Shown here one piece after another: positions 39,935 to 50,074 of a stretch of 64,000 bases of DNA. The stretch lies in the NCBI RefSeq assembly GCF_028368995.1, contig NZ_JAQNDL010000001.1, positions 1,824,001 through 1,888,000 on the forward strand, read 5' to 3'. Both the position numbers and the translations under genes were made by a program. The notes beneath the pieces were generated by a model. It saw only the letters and a list, made by a program, of their open reading frames with translations, was not told where the DNA came from and made no database searches. Each line of letters opens with the position of its first letter. The stretch's first letter is position 1. The DNA comes from Nannocystis bainbridge (GTDB lineage Bacteria; Myxococcota_A; Polyangia; Nannocystales; Nannocystaceae).

Positions 39935-40828
39935 TCACGCCGGCCCCAGCGCCCACCCCAGCCGCCCGAGCCCCTCCGCCAGGAACCTCGCGCTCGCCTT
40001 CACCCGCGGCACCGAGCGCACGTCGCGGTGCACCCCGAGCCACAGCTGCCGCCGCGGGCCCGGTACCGGCGTCGGCAGCAGGCGCAGGTTCGGCGCGCGG
40101 TCGCCGAGGAAACGCGGCAGGCAGGTCATGCCGAGCCCCGCCGCGGCCATCGTCACCATCGGTTCGCGCCCGTTGGTGCGCACGCCCACCCTTGCTCGCC
40201 CGGCGATCTGCGGCAACCACTCGACATCGGGGATCTTCGTCAGCGACTCGCTCATCGCAATCAGCACGTGCCCCTCGCACTGGGCCGCGAAGTCCGGCAT
40301 GCCGCGCTGCGCGAGGTAGCCGTCGGACGCGTACAGGCCGAAAGCGACCGCGCCCACCTGCCGCTGCACCACCTCCGCCTGCTCGAAGCGCGACGGCCGG
40401 ACCGCGATGTCGGCCTCGCGGCGCGACAGGCTCAGGTGCCGCACGTCGGCCACCAGCTCGAGCTCGAGCCCCGGGTGCTCGCCGACGAACGGTCCCAGCA
40501 GCGGCCCCAGCACGCTGCCGACCAGCCACTCCGACGCCGTGATCACCACGCGCCCGCGCAGCCCCACGTCGCGCCCCGCGGCCACCCGCTCGGCGGCCAG
40601 CGCCGCGGCCTCCATCTGCTCGGCGCGCGCCAGCATCATCCGTCCCGAGGGTGACAGCGATTGACCCGTCGCCGCCGGCACGAACAGCCGCGCCCCGAGC
40701 GTCCGCTCGAGCGCGGCCATCCGGCGCCCCACTGTCGGCTGGGTCACCCCCAGCCCGCGCGCCGCCGCCGAGAACGAGCCCGCGCGGGCCACCGCGAGGA
40801 AGAAGCGCAGGTCGTCCCAGTCGAGCAC
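39935..40828 (-). CDS. LysR-family regulator
   Basis: LDWDDLRFFLAVARAGSFSAAA, QPTVGRR, LSRREADIAVR. Confidence 0.93.
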   Translation of the reverse strand: MLDWDDLRFFLAVARAGSFSAAARGLGVTQPTVGRRMAALERTLGARLFVPAATGQSLSPSGRMMLARAEQMEAAALAAERVAAGRDVGLRGRVVITASEWLVGSVLGPLLGPFVGEHPGLELELVADVRHLSLSRREADIAVRPSRFEQAEVVQRQVGAVAFGLYASDGYLAQRGMPDFAAQCEGHVLIAMSESLTKIPDVEWLPQIAGRARVGVRTNGREPMVTMAAAGLGMTCLPRFLGDRAPNLRLLPTPVPGPRRQLWLGVHRDVRSVPRVKASARFLAEGLGRLGWALGPA

Positions 40829-40850
40829 CGCCTGCCAGCGTACACGGCCC

Positions 40851-40866
40851 CATGCAGAAATGCATG
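40851..40866. promoter_or_regulatory. Candidate LysR operator CATGCA-GAAA-TGCATG
   Basis: Perfect 6-bp dyad between the divergent lysR and HAD genes. Confidence 0.5.
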
Positions 40867-40924
40867 CCAGGCGTGTGCCGTTCGGCAATCGACCTCTCTG
40901 CCGGGACCCGTCATGCTCGATGGC

Positions 40925-41689
40925 ATGTCTCGCCGCCAGTTCCTCCGCGTGGTCGCCGGCGCCGGCGGCCTGCTCGGTGCGTGCCGCACCACGGGCGCCC
41001 AGCCGCCCGTGGGCGGCCGCGCCGAGATCCGCGCGATCTGCTTCGACCTGTTTACCCTGTTCGACCCACGCGGCGTGGAGCGGGCCGCCGAGGCCGTCGC
41101 CCCCGGTCAGGCCGCAGAGCTGTGCCGCGACTGGCGCGTCCGACAGTTCGAATATGCATGGCTGCGCGCCACCGCCGACCAATACCGCGACTTCGAGTTC
41201 GTCACCGGCGAGGCCCTCGATTACGCCGCCGGGGCACGCGGTCTCTCGCTGTCCGCCGCCGAGCGCCGCCGCCTCGTCGCCGCATACTCCGAGCTCACGC
41301 CGTGGCCCGACACCCGCGCCGCCCTCGACGCATGGCGGCGCGTCGGCCTGCGCCTGGCCCCCCTCGCCAACTATTCGCCGGCGATGCTCGATCGCCTGCT
41401 CACGCACGCCGGGCTCGCCGACCTGTTCGACGACCAGATCAGCACCGACCGCGCCCGGACCTACAAGCCGAGCCCGCGGGCCTACGCACTCGGACCGACC
41501 GCGCTCGGCGTCCCGCGCGAGCAGATAGTCTTTGCCGCGTTCGGCGGCTGGGACGCCGCCGGGGCCGCCTGGTACGGCTTTCCCACGTTCTGGCTCAACC
41601 GCCTCCAAGTCGCGCCCGAGGCCCTGTCAGCCGCCGCGCATGCGACTGGCGCGACGCTCGCCGATCTCGCCGCGTTCGTCGCCGCTTGA
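40925..41689 (+). CDS. Type II haloacid dehalogenase-like HAD hydrolase with Tat/lipoprotein signal
   Basis: MSRRQFL...LGAC; FDLFTLFD, WRVRQFEYAW, YKPSP, GWDAAGA. Confidence 0.88.
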   Translation: MSRRQFLRVVAGAGGLLGACRTTGAQPPVGGRAEIRAICFDLFTLFDPRGVERAAEAVAPGQAAELCRDWRVRQFEYAWLRATADQYRDFEFVTGEALDYAAGARGLSLSAAERRRLVAAYSELTPWPDTRAALDAWRRVGLRLAPLANYSPAMLDRLLTHAGLADLFDDQISTDRARTYKPSPRAYALGPTALGVPREQIVFAAFGGWDAAGAAWYGFPTFWLNRLQVAPEALSAAAHATGATLADLAAFVAA

Positions 41690-41699
41690 ACCGTCGAGG

Positions 41700-41934
41700 A
41701 AGCCGCGTCTGGCCATCGGGGATGGGCCAAGATCGCGGGGCCTTCGTCGGCTGGCTCGACCCAGGGGAGCGGCGTGCGAATCTCGACGGCGAGCGGCACC
41801 GTCGGGTCGTGGATGCCGTCGGCGAAGCCGCCGCGCGACGAGTGGAACGCGAGCGACAGGCCGTTCATCTGCTGATAGAAGCTCCGCAAGGCAGCCGGGA
41901 GGGCGAACCCCAGCCGGGACACGGGAACACTCAT
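41700..41934 (-). pseudogene. SMI1/KNR4-like gene fragment
   Basis: RLGFALPAALRSFYQQMNGL matches the SUKH helix motif; the frame is short and runs into the HAD gene antisense. Confidence 0.45.
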
Positions 41935-41960
41935 CGCCGGCGCTCGGCGCGGCCTCGTTC

Positions 41961-42977
41961 ATGCTCTCGTTCACCGCTCAGCGCTTCGCCGCCCCCCAGT
42001 CGCCGTGTCCGCCGTACGACGAAGACAGCGGCATCTACCTCGCCTGGTCCACCAGCCCCGCGGGCCCCTTCGCCCCGCCCGCCCGACCGTGGGAGCCGCT
42101 GCCGGCGGGCGCCGAGCTCTCGACCTGTCTCTATCGCCCTGTCCTTCCGCACAGTCTGGACTTCGCCTCCGACGACTGCCAAGGCGTCCCCTGCCACCTC
42201 ATCATGCGTCTCGACTCGACGGTGTTCCACGGCCCGCAGACCGGTCGCTGGTGGCTCGCCTATTCCTGGTACACCAACAGCCCGCCGACACTCGCGTGGG
42301 AGCTCGCCAACCACGGCCAACACGTCCACCTCGTCGAGCTCGACCTCAAGGATCCGTTCGCCGTCCGCTGCGACCTCGCCACCGCGCAGATCCACGCCGG
42401 CACCCCCCACGACGGCGAGACGCTCGCGCGCCTCGCCGCCAGCTGCTCCGGCTGCGAGCAGATGCTGTCGATGACGCGCGGCCCTCTCGGCGAGGAAATG
42501 CTACGCGACGGTGTTTCCCTGGGCGTCGTCGAGGCCCCGAGCCTGTTTCGCCGCGGCGAATACGTGTATCTCCTCCTCAGCGGCAGCAACTGGGACTCCC
42601 CCTATTACCACGTGTACTGGGTCGCCGCGAAGTCCGTCGAGGAGTTGGTGTACACCAACCCCGGGCGGCTCGTCGGCCGCTTCCTGATCCCGAGCGACGG
42701 CCAGGCCTTCGGGCACGGCTCTGCTGTGCTCGGCCCTGACGGCGAGCGCTGGTACTTCGTCCACCACCGTCTCGCGCAGGTCCCGTGCGAGCAGTCCGGC
42801 TGTAAGCGCGACGTGTGGGTCAGTCCGATTGAGTTCGACGATCGCGGCGACGGCCTCGCTGACGTGCACATTCGGCCACGCTGGCCCGCTCAGGACCCGA
42901 GCTTCAGCGTCGCCGTCTCAGCCGGCCGGCAGGAGGCTCCGCCTCACGCGCTCCCAGCCGAGGCCCGGGATGACTGA
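41961..42977 (+). CDS. GH43-like five-bladed beta-propeller protein, probably 5'-truncated
   Basis: LDSTVF, VVEAPSLFRRGEYVYLLLS..WDS.YY, FGHGSAV.GPDG. The N-terminal blade with the first catalytic Asp and a signal peptide are not evident. Confidence 0.65.
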   Translation: MLSFTAQRFAAPQSPCPPYDEDSGIYLAWSTSPAGPFAPPARPWEPLPAGAELSTCLYRPVLPHSLDFASDDCQGVPCHLIMRLDSTVFHGPQTGRWWLAYSWYTNSPPTLAWELANHGQHVHLVELDLKDPFAVRCDLATAQIHAGTPHDGETLARLAASCSGCEQMLSMTRGPLGEEMLRDGVSLGVVEAPSLFRRGEYVYLLLSGSNWDSPYYHVYWVAAKSVEELVYTNPGRLVGRFLIPSDGQAFGHGSAVLGPDGERWYFVHHRLAQVPCEQSGCKRDVWVSPIEFDDRGDGLADVHIRPRWPAQDPSFSVAVSAGRQEAPPHALPAEARDD

Positions 42978-43094
42978 AACAACCCCGGACAGACTGCGCA
43001 CAGCTCGTCGCTGCGGCGGGAGAGGAGGGCGTGTCATCGGTCGTGCAGGGCCAGGCAGACGGCTCTGGCCTCCGACAGGGGACCGAGCGTCCGC

Positions 43095-43565
43095 TCAGTT
43101 CAGGTGATAGCGGGTTCCCCTGGCTTTTCCGGACCAGGTGAGCTCCCCGGCCTCGATGAGGCGGTTCAGACCTGCGCGGACCTGCATGTTGGAACCACCG
43201 ATGCGCTCTTGAACTTGTGAGGCACTGACGGGGCCTCCGATGGCCGTCACGACCTCGAGAAGCCTTTTGTCGAAGGCTTCGCGGCCGGCATGCGTTCGCG
43301 TATTTACGTCCGCCACCTCGACCGTATTCGTCGGGTGGGACTTGGCCGGGGCAGCCTTGCCCCCCGGAGCCTCTCGGACGGGGGTTTGTGAGCCATGACG
43401 CCCTTGCAAGTCAGAGATGGTGATCGAGCGCAGCAGTGAGCCGAGCTCTCCGCGCGCCAATTGCTGCAGTTCTGCGAGGGTGAGCTGGGGGTGCTGAAGC
43501 AGGAGCTCGATCAGGAGCTCACGCTTGCGGTCTTCCATTGCGGCCACGAGATCGAACTTGGACAC
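43095..43565 (-). CDS. Putative DNA-binding protein with C-terminal winged HTH
   Basis: GPVSASQVQERIGGSNMQVRAGLNRLIEAGELTWSGKARGTRY; visibly more A/T at third positions than its neighbours. Confidence 0.75.
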   Translation of the reverse strand: MSKFDLVAAMEDRKRELLIELLLQHPQLTLAELQQLARGELGSLLRSITISDLQGRHGSQTPVREAPGGKAAPAKSHPTNTVEVADVNTRTHAGREAFDKRLLEVVTAIGGPVSASQVQERIGGSNMQVRAGLNRLIEAGELTWSGKARGTRYHLN

Positions 43566-43992
43566 GGCCGCGACAGTAGCACACTTGCGCAAGTGTCTGT
43601 ACGCTCGCTCGGCCGTCGCTGGCGACCGAGCCCCGCCGAGCTCGAGTCGTGCCGCGGGTATCGAACGGGCCGAGTAAGTCGTGCTCCCTGTCACTGGCCT
43701 CGGCTCGCACCCCGGCGCTGACGCTATACGAGCGGCGCCTCGCACCGCGCGGTCGTCGAAAGCGCAAGGCCGTCCCGACACGACCGACGAGCGAACGGCT
43801 GCAAGAGCCGGCCGGGAGGTCATGGCGCTCGCGCAAAGGTGGTCCAATTCTACGGCCCTCTCCATGCGGAGCCGTACCGACGAAGCGCCGACGCACGCCG
43901 TCTCGACCGGCGCGGGCGACCGCCACGCGCGCCCCTTGCAGGCGCGACGGGCGCGACGGGCCGAGGCCCGCGTGGGGGTCGAGGCCGACCCG

Positions 43993-46545
43993 ATGCGGGC
44001 CATGACCGCGGCGCTGTCCGAAGCCTTCACGCAGCTCCGCAGCTCCGAGCGCGGTCTGACCGACCGCGAGGTACGAGACCGCCTCGCGGCGCTCGGACTC
44101 AACGAGGTCGTGCCCCCCCAGCGCGCCAACCTGGTGCGCGACGTCCTGGCCCGCTTCGCCAACCCATTGATCGCCATCCTCGCGTTCGCCAGCGTCGTCT
44201 CGCTGTCGCTCGGGGACCTCGTCAACGCGAGCATCATCCTCGTGATGATCGCCCTGAGCATCGCGCTCGAGACGTTTCAGACCCGCCGTTCGCAGGCCGC
44301 GGCCGAGCGGTTGCGGGGTCGCGTCGCGCCCGAGGCCACCGCCCTGCGAGACGGGCACTTCATCAGGGTCCCGCAGCGCGAGCTGGTGCCGGGCGACGTC
44401 GTGCGCCTGGCCGCCGGCGCCCTCGTCCCGGCCGATTGTCGCCTCGTCACCGCCAGGGACTTGCACGTGCAACAGGCCGCCCTGACCGGCGAGCCCCTGC
44501 CCGCCGAGAAGGAGGCCACCGCGGGCCCGGCCGGCGATGTCCGCGATCCGGCCGGGATGCCCCACGCCGTCTTCCTCGGCACCTCGGTCGTCAGCGGTGT
44601 CGCCACGGCGCTGGTGGTCGCCACCGGCGCGCGCACTCAATTCGGCGACATCGCCCGCGCGCTCGCCCGCCGGGGCCCGCGAACCGAGTTCGAGGTCGGC
44701 ATGTTCGACTTCGGCGCCTTCATCCTGAAGACGGTCGTCTTCCTGGTGCTGTTCGTGTTCGTGATCGCGGCGGCGGGCCACCGCCCCGTGCTCGAGGCGC
44801 TGCTGTTCGCGCTCGCGCTCGCCGTCGGGCTCACGCCTGAGTTCCTGCCGATGATCACGACCGTCACGCTCGGGGAGGGCGCGCTGCGAATGGCGAAGCA
44901 GCGGGTCATCGTCAAGAACCTGGCGGCGATCCAGAACCTCGGCAGCATCGACGTGCTGTGCTGCGACAAGACCGGCACCCTCACGGAGGGGCGGATGACC
45001 CTCGAGCGCCACGTCGATCCGTTCGGGGCCGCGGACGAGCGCCCGCTCCGGCTCGCCAGCATCAACAGCTTCTTCGAGAGCGGCATCGACTACGGCTTCG
45101 ACGACGCGGTGCTCGACCGCGCCGGCATCGATCCGCTCGACGCCGCCGTGCTGCGCCACGAGCACCCCGATCTGCGGGGATGGCGAAAGCTCGACGAGCT
45201 CCCCTTCGACTTCGAACGCCGCCGCATCAGCATCCTCGCCGAGAAGGACGGCGCGAGCCTCCTCGTCACCAAAGGCGCGCCGGAGGGCTTGCTGGCGCAG
45301 GCGACCTCCTGCGAGACCGGCGGCGCGCGGCGGCCCCTCGACGCCGAGCTGCGCGCGCGCTGCGAGGCGACGTTCCGGGAGCTCTCGACCCACGGATACC
45401 GCGTGCTCGCCGTGGCCTACAAGGAGATCACCGACGTCGCGCCGCTGCGCGCGGGCGACGAGGCCGGCCTCACCCTCGCCGGCTTCCTCGCCTTCGTCGA
45501 CGCGCCGCTCCTCGGCGCGGCTCGAGTGCTCGAGGCGCTCGCCGCCGAGGGTGTACGGGTCAAGATCGTCAGCGGCGACAACGAGCTCGTCGTGCGCCAC
45601 ATCGCCGATCGCGTCGGCATCGCTCCGGGCCAGATCCTCCTCGGCGCCGAGGTCGACCGCCTCGGCGACGCCGCGCTCGGCAAGGTCGCCGAGGAGACCC
45701 GCCTCTTCGCCCGGGTCTCGCCCGCGCACAAGAGCCGCATCATCCGCGCGCTCCGGGCCCGCGGTCACGTCGTCGGCTACCTCGGCGACGGCATCAATGA
45801 CGCGCCCTCCCTCCACGGCGCCGATGTCGGGATCTCCGTCGCCGGCGCCGTGGACGTGGCCCGCGACGCCGCCGAAGTCATCCTGCTCGAGCGCGACCTC
45901 GGGGTCCTCCTCGCCGGCATCCTCGAGGGTCGGCGCGCCTTCGGCAACGTCATGAAGTACGTCCTGATGGGGACGAGCTCCAACTTCGGCAACATGGTCA
46001 GCATGGCCGGGGCCTTCGTCGTCCTGCCGTTCTTGCCGATGCTCCCGACCCAGATCTTGCTCAACAACTTCCTTTACGACCTGGCGCAGATCACGATCCC
46101 GACCGACAACGTCGACCCCGGCTTCCTCAAGAAGCCGCGGCGGTGGGACATCGGCCTGATCCGTCGCTTCATGGTCGTCCTCGGGCCGGTCAGTTCGCTC
46201 TACGACATCCTCACGTTCTACGCGCTCCTCCACCTGTTCCACGCGTCGCCCGCGTTGTTCCACACCGGGTGGTTCGTCGAGTCCCTGGTCACGCAGACGC
46301 TGGTGTTGTTCGTCATTCGTACCGCCGCGCGCCCGTGGGACAGCCGGCCGAGCCGACCGCTCGTGCTCACCGCGCTGGCCGTCGTAATCACCGCGCTCGT
46401 GCTGCCCTGGACGCCGCTCGCCACGCCGCTCGGGTTCGTCGCGCTACCGCCGGGCTTCTTCCTGTTCCTCGTCGTCGTCTCCGTCACCTATCTGGCGTTC
46501 GTCGAGGGCGTCAAGCGCCGGCTGTTCGCTCGGTTCCTCGAGTAG
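43993..46545 (+). CDS. mgtA: Magnesium-translocating P-type ATPase
   Basis: LTGE, AVGLTPEFLPM, DKTGTLT, KGAPE, GDGINDAP, TSSNFGN, LLNNFLYD, GWFVES. Confidence 0.93.
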   Translation: MRAMTAALSEAFTQLRSSERGLTDREVRDRLAALGLNEVVPPQRANLVRDVLARFANPLIAILAFASVVSLSLGDLVNASIILVMIALSIALETFQTRRSQAAAERLRGRVAPEATALRDGHFIRVPQRELVPGDVVRLAAGALVPADCRLVTARDLHVQQAALTGEPLPAEKEATAGPAGDVRDPAGMPHAVFLGTSVVSGVATALVVATGARTQFGDIARALARRGPRTEFEVGMFDFGAFILKTVVFLVLFVFVIAAAGHRPVLEALLFALALAVGLTPEFLPMITTVTLGEGALRMAKQRVIVKNLAAIQNLGSIDVLCCDKTGTLTEGRMTLERHVDPFGAADERPLRLASINSFFESGIDYGFDDAVLDRAGIDPLDAAVLRHEHPDLRGWRKLDELPFDFERRRISILAEKDGASLLVTKGAPEGLLAQATSCETGGARRPLDAELRARCEATFRELSTHGYRVLAVAYKEITDVAPLRAGDEAGLTLAGFLAFVDAPLLGAARVLEALAAEGVRVKIVSGDNELVVRHIADRVGIAPGQILLGAEVDRLGDAALGKVAEETRLFARVSPAHKSRIIRALRARGHVVGYLGDGINDAPSLHGADVGISVAGAVDVARDAAEVILLERDLGVLLAGILEGRRAFGNVMKYVLMGTSSNFGNMVSMAGAFVVLPFLPMLPTQILLNNFLYDLAQITIPTDNVDPGFLKKPRRWDIGLIRRFMVVLGPVSSLYDILTFYALLHLFHASPALFHTGWFVESLVTQTLVLFVIRTAARPWDSRPSRPLVLTALAVVITALVLPWTPLATPLGFVALPPGFFLFLVVVSVTYLAFVEGVKRRLFARFLE

Positions 46546-46597
46546 CGGCAGCAGACGGCGCATTGTGTCGTGGCCGGCAGCCGAGCGCACGGCATGC

Positions 46598-47485
46598 GAT
46601 GCCCCGGCGCTGAAGGCCGCCGACATCGGTGTCGCCATGGGCGGGCGCGGCACCGACGTGGCGCGCGAGGCGGCCACTCTCGTGCTGCTCGACGACGACT
46701 TCACTTCGCTGGTGGACAGCGTCCGCTCGGGCCGCCGTATCATCGACAACCTCCGCAAGGCGCTCGCATACATCCTCGCGGTGCACGTGCCGATCGTCGG
46801 TCTCACCTTGATCCCCGTCTTTCTTGAATGGCCGCTCGTATTGCTGCCGATCCACATCGCGTTCCTGCACCTCGTGATCGACCCGGCTTGCTCCGTCGTC
46901 TTCGAGGCCGAGCCGGAGGAGTCCGATGTGATGACCCGTCCGCCGCGGGACCCGCGGGCGCCGCTCTTCGATCGCCGCTCCATCGCCCTCAGCCTGGTTC
47001 AGGGGGCGATCGTGATGCTCGTCGTCGTCGCGGTCTACGGGCTCGCGTTGAGTCGTGGGCGCGGAGGAGCCGACGCCAGGGGACTGACGTTCACCACCTT
47101 CATGGTGGCCAACCTCGGCCTCATCTTCACCAATCGTACGTGGTCTCGGGTGCGGACCGCGACCAGGGGTCGAAATGCTGCGCTCTGGTGGGTGACCGGC
47201 GGCGCGGTCGTCTTCCTCGCGCTCGTCCTTTACGTGCCGGGCCTGCGGGAGCTGTTCCGGTTCGCCCCCCTGCGACCGCGCGACATCCTCTTCTGCATCG
47301 GCGCGGGCGTCCTGAGCGTGTCGTGGTTCGAAGCCTTCAAGGCCATCCGGCCGCGTGAGAGGCACGGGGTCGCTGCGGTCGCACCCGATGAACGACGGGC
47401 TCCGGCGAGCGAAACCTTGCTCCGCGGGGAGGCAGCCCCGACAGAACGGCCCTCCGCTGGCGTGGTCCGAAAAGCCAGCCCATGA
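46598..47485 (+). pseudogene. C-terminal fragment of a second cation P-type ATPase
   Basis: Begins abruptly at DAPALKAADIGVAMG.RGTDVAREAA and continues through the TM helices; lacks the A, N and DKTGT regions. Confidence 0.85.
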
Positions 47486-47865
47486 AATGCCGCATGCTCC
47501 GATACCCTCACTCTCTGGCGCTCCAGCTCTTCGGAATCGCTCACCAGATCGCCGGTGCGATCGCCGAGGGCAGCATCGACGACCAAAGCTTCTTGCCGGG
47601 TCGGCTGACTCGCAGTCAACTGGCCGAGGGGCTAGCCAGCCACCTGCTCACGGTTCGCCCAATTCCAGGGGAGGCGATCATCTACATGCAGGTCGAGAGC
47701 CGCCCGAACGCGGAAGCGTGGCGCGTCAAGCTGCCGTTCTGGACGGTGGAGGAAGGCGGTCGCAGCGACCTGTGCCTGTGTTTACACATCCGTCGCCAGG
47801 GCGCGGAGCTGGTCGGTCAGATCGAGGACGTTCATCCCTCCACGCAGTCGCTGGCGACCGCGTAA
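47482..47865 (+). CDS. Hypothetical protein (W-T-x-E-E-G-x-S-D-L motif, DUF7668-like)
   Basis: WRVKLPFWTVEEGGRSDLCL...IEDVH; the family assignment is tentative. Confidence 0.6.
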   Translation: MKCRMLRYPHSLALQLFGIAHQIAGAIAEGSIDDQSFLPGRLTRSQLAEGLASHLLTVRPIPGEAIIYMQVESRPNAEAWRVKLPFWTVEEGGRSDLCLCLHIRRQGAELVGQIEDVHPSTQSLATA

Positions 47866-48038
47866 CCGCCAGAGTCCAGCGAACCGCGCCTTCGGGCGCT
47901 CGTGCCCCCATTCTGCAGAACATGCGCCGGAGGTCCGGTATCTCGATGCTGCCGTTATCCAATGGCCTGACGATGCGAGGCAGCGCCGCCTGCGCCACGG
48001 CGCTGGCGACGCTCCGGAACCCCGCCTACGCTTTGGCC

Positions 48039-48452
48039 ATGCGTGTTTGGCTCATCGCCCCCATGCTCCTCGTGCTGCTCGCCTGCACCGAGCACGACCG
48101 ACGTTGTGCGCACGCGCGGGACGTCATGCTGACGCTGTGGGAGCAATCGCTGAGGGATACGCTGCCCGGACAGGACGAGGCCGAGCTGCGCCGCGCGCTC
48201 GCACACGCCGGCGAGCGTTTCATGGCGCAGTGCCGCTCGCTGCCGCTCGAGAGCCAAGCTTGCATCGACCGCATCGACGAACTCGGTACCGTGGAACGCG
48301 AGCGCCGTGCAGCCGTCGAGCGCTGCCCGAGACAGGCGGACGGCCGGCCCGAGTCGAAATGCGTCCAGGCTGCGCGCGACCGGGCGGACCTGCGGACCGC
48401 CGACTGCCAGCTCGCGCTCGGGGCGATGTTCACCACGATCCTCGAGCCTTGA
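48039..48452 (+). CDS. Cys-rich helical lipoprotein
   Basis: MRVWLIAPMLLVLLAC lipobox followed by six further Cys. Confidence 0.7.
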   Translation: MRVWLIAPMLLVLLACTEHDRRCAHARDVMLTLWEQSLRDTLPGQDEAELRRALAHAGERFMAQCRSLPLESQACIDRIDELGTVERERRAAVERCPRQADGRPESKCVQAARDRADLRTADCQLALGAMFTTILEP

Positions 48453-48691
48453 CAGGCTCAGCGCGACCGCCCGAGAGCAAGACCCGAGAGAGCGGGCCTC
48501 TATGCCGACATGCTGAGTTCTGGTGGCCGCGAGTCGCTATTGCTAGATCGCCTCGCGGCCGTGACTCGACCGAGCGGACGAGCCACGGCCGTACGACCGG
48601 CCGGTTGCCGTCACAACGATGCCCGCTACACCCAAAAAGGAGCGCCGTGGCCGAGCTTGCCGACGCAGCCGACTGGCGCGAAGGACAGAGT

Positions 48692-49901
48692 ATGCAGACG
48701 ATGGTCACAGCAGCCTCGACGTTCCTCGTCTCGTTCCTCACCATGGACGGCGAGCCGGCGACCGAATCGGCGCGAGCCGGGCTCACTGCGGTCGAGTCGC
48801 TCGGCAAGCACCTCTTTTTCGACGAATCGCTTTCGATCGGGAGCAATCAAGCGTGCGCGGCGTGCCATGGCCGCGATGTCGGCTGGACCGGGCCCGTCGA
48901 GGACATCGACGCCCACGGCGCCGTCTACGAGGGTTCGGTTCCGGGGCGCTTCGGCCCGCGAAAGCCGCCGAGTAGCGCATACGCGTCGTTCAGCCCGCCG
49001 CTGCACCGCCCCCCCTGCGGGCGAGTTCGTCGGGGGCAACTTCGGGGACGGCCGGGCGACCGGCGAGAAGCTCGGCAATCCGGCAGCCGATCAGGCGCAG
49101 GGGCCTTTCCTCAACCCGGTGGAGCAGGCGCTCCCCGACGCGGCCGCGCTCGTGACGCGGGTGTGCAGCCTGAAATCAGAGTACTGGTTGCTGCTGCGCT
49201 TCGTGTGGGGCCTCGCCGTCTGTGACGACGTCGACGCCGCATTCGCAGCGATCGCGCGGTCGATCGCCCGCTACGAGGCTTCGCGCGAGATGAGCCCGTT
49301 CAGCTCGAAGTTCGACCGGTACCTCTCGGGAGAGACCGAACTCACCGACCAGGAGCAGAGGGGCCTGGCGCTGTTCAAAGGCGAGGCCAAATGCAAAAAC
49401 TGCCACGCGATCGCCGGTGCGGACCAGGGCGGCCCGCCGCTCTTCACCGACTTCACGTTCGCCAACATCGGTGCACCGCGTAATCCGGAGAACCCATATT
49501 ACGATCAGCCGCCCGCCATCAATCCGCTCGGCAAGGCGTACGTCGATCTCGGCCTGGGTGGCTTCCTCGCCACCCGCCCGGAGTACGCCGAATATGCAAC
49601 GGTCAACGAGGGTAAGCATCGGGTGCCGACCCTGCGCAACGTCGACCGCCGGCCACGGCCCTCGTTCACCAAGGCGTACGGACACAATGGGTACTTCAAG
49701 AGCCTGGAGGAGCTGGTCCACTTCTACAACACGCGCGCTGTCCTGCCCCAGTGTGCGGCGAACGACCCCGGAGAGAGAGTTACGTGTTGGCCTGCGCCCG
49801 AGGTGCCGCGCAACCTCGATGTCGACGTCGGCGATCTCGGACTCACGCCGGCCCAGGAGGAAGATGTCGTCGCGTTCTTGCGCACGCTGACGGACAGGTG
49901 A
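48692..49901 (+). pseudogene. Di-heme cytochrome c peroxidase/MauG family, frameshifted near 49009-49015
   Basis: LGKHLFFDESLS..QACAACH in one frame; GGNF.DGRA, QAQGPFLNPVE, CKNCH, VPTLRNV, HNGYF in the +1 frame. The junction falls at a C7 run. Confidence 0.85.
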
Positions 49902-49958
49902 ATCCGGCCCCGCGCGCGCCCGGCGAGCCGAGGGTCCTCGGGCCAAGCACCCCGCGCG

Positions 49959-50039
49959 GGGTTCGCCGGCTCGTCGTCCGCCGAGGTCACGCGCGTGCCC
50001 GCCGACGCTGGCTGAGCCTCACAGGGGTCCCACGCGACG
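49959..50039 (+). repeat. 81-bp direct repeat, copy 2
   Basis: 77/81 identical to 37053-37133. Confidence 0.9.
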
Positions 50040-50074
50040 CCATCCGGCAACCGGCGACCTCCACCGGCTCGCGA

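Noticed and set aside
37053-50039. Calling the repeat-bounded block a prophage, ICE or transposon
   Set aside because: No integrase, transposase, phage or conjugation genes and no tRNA target are visible.
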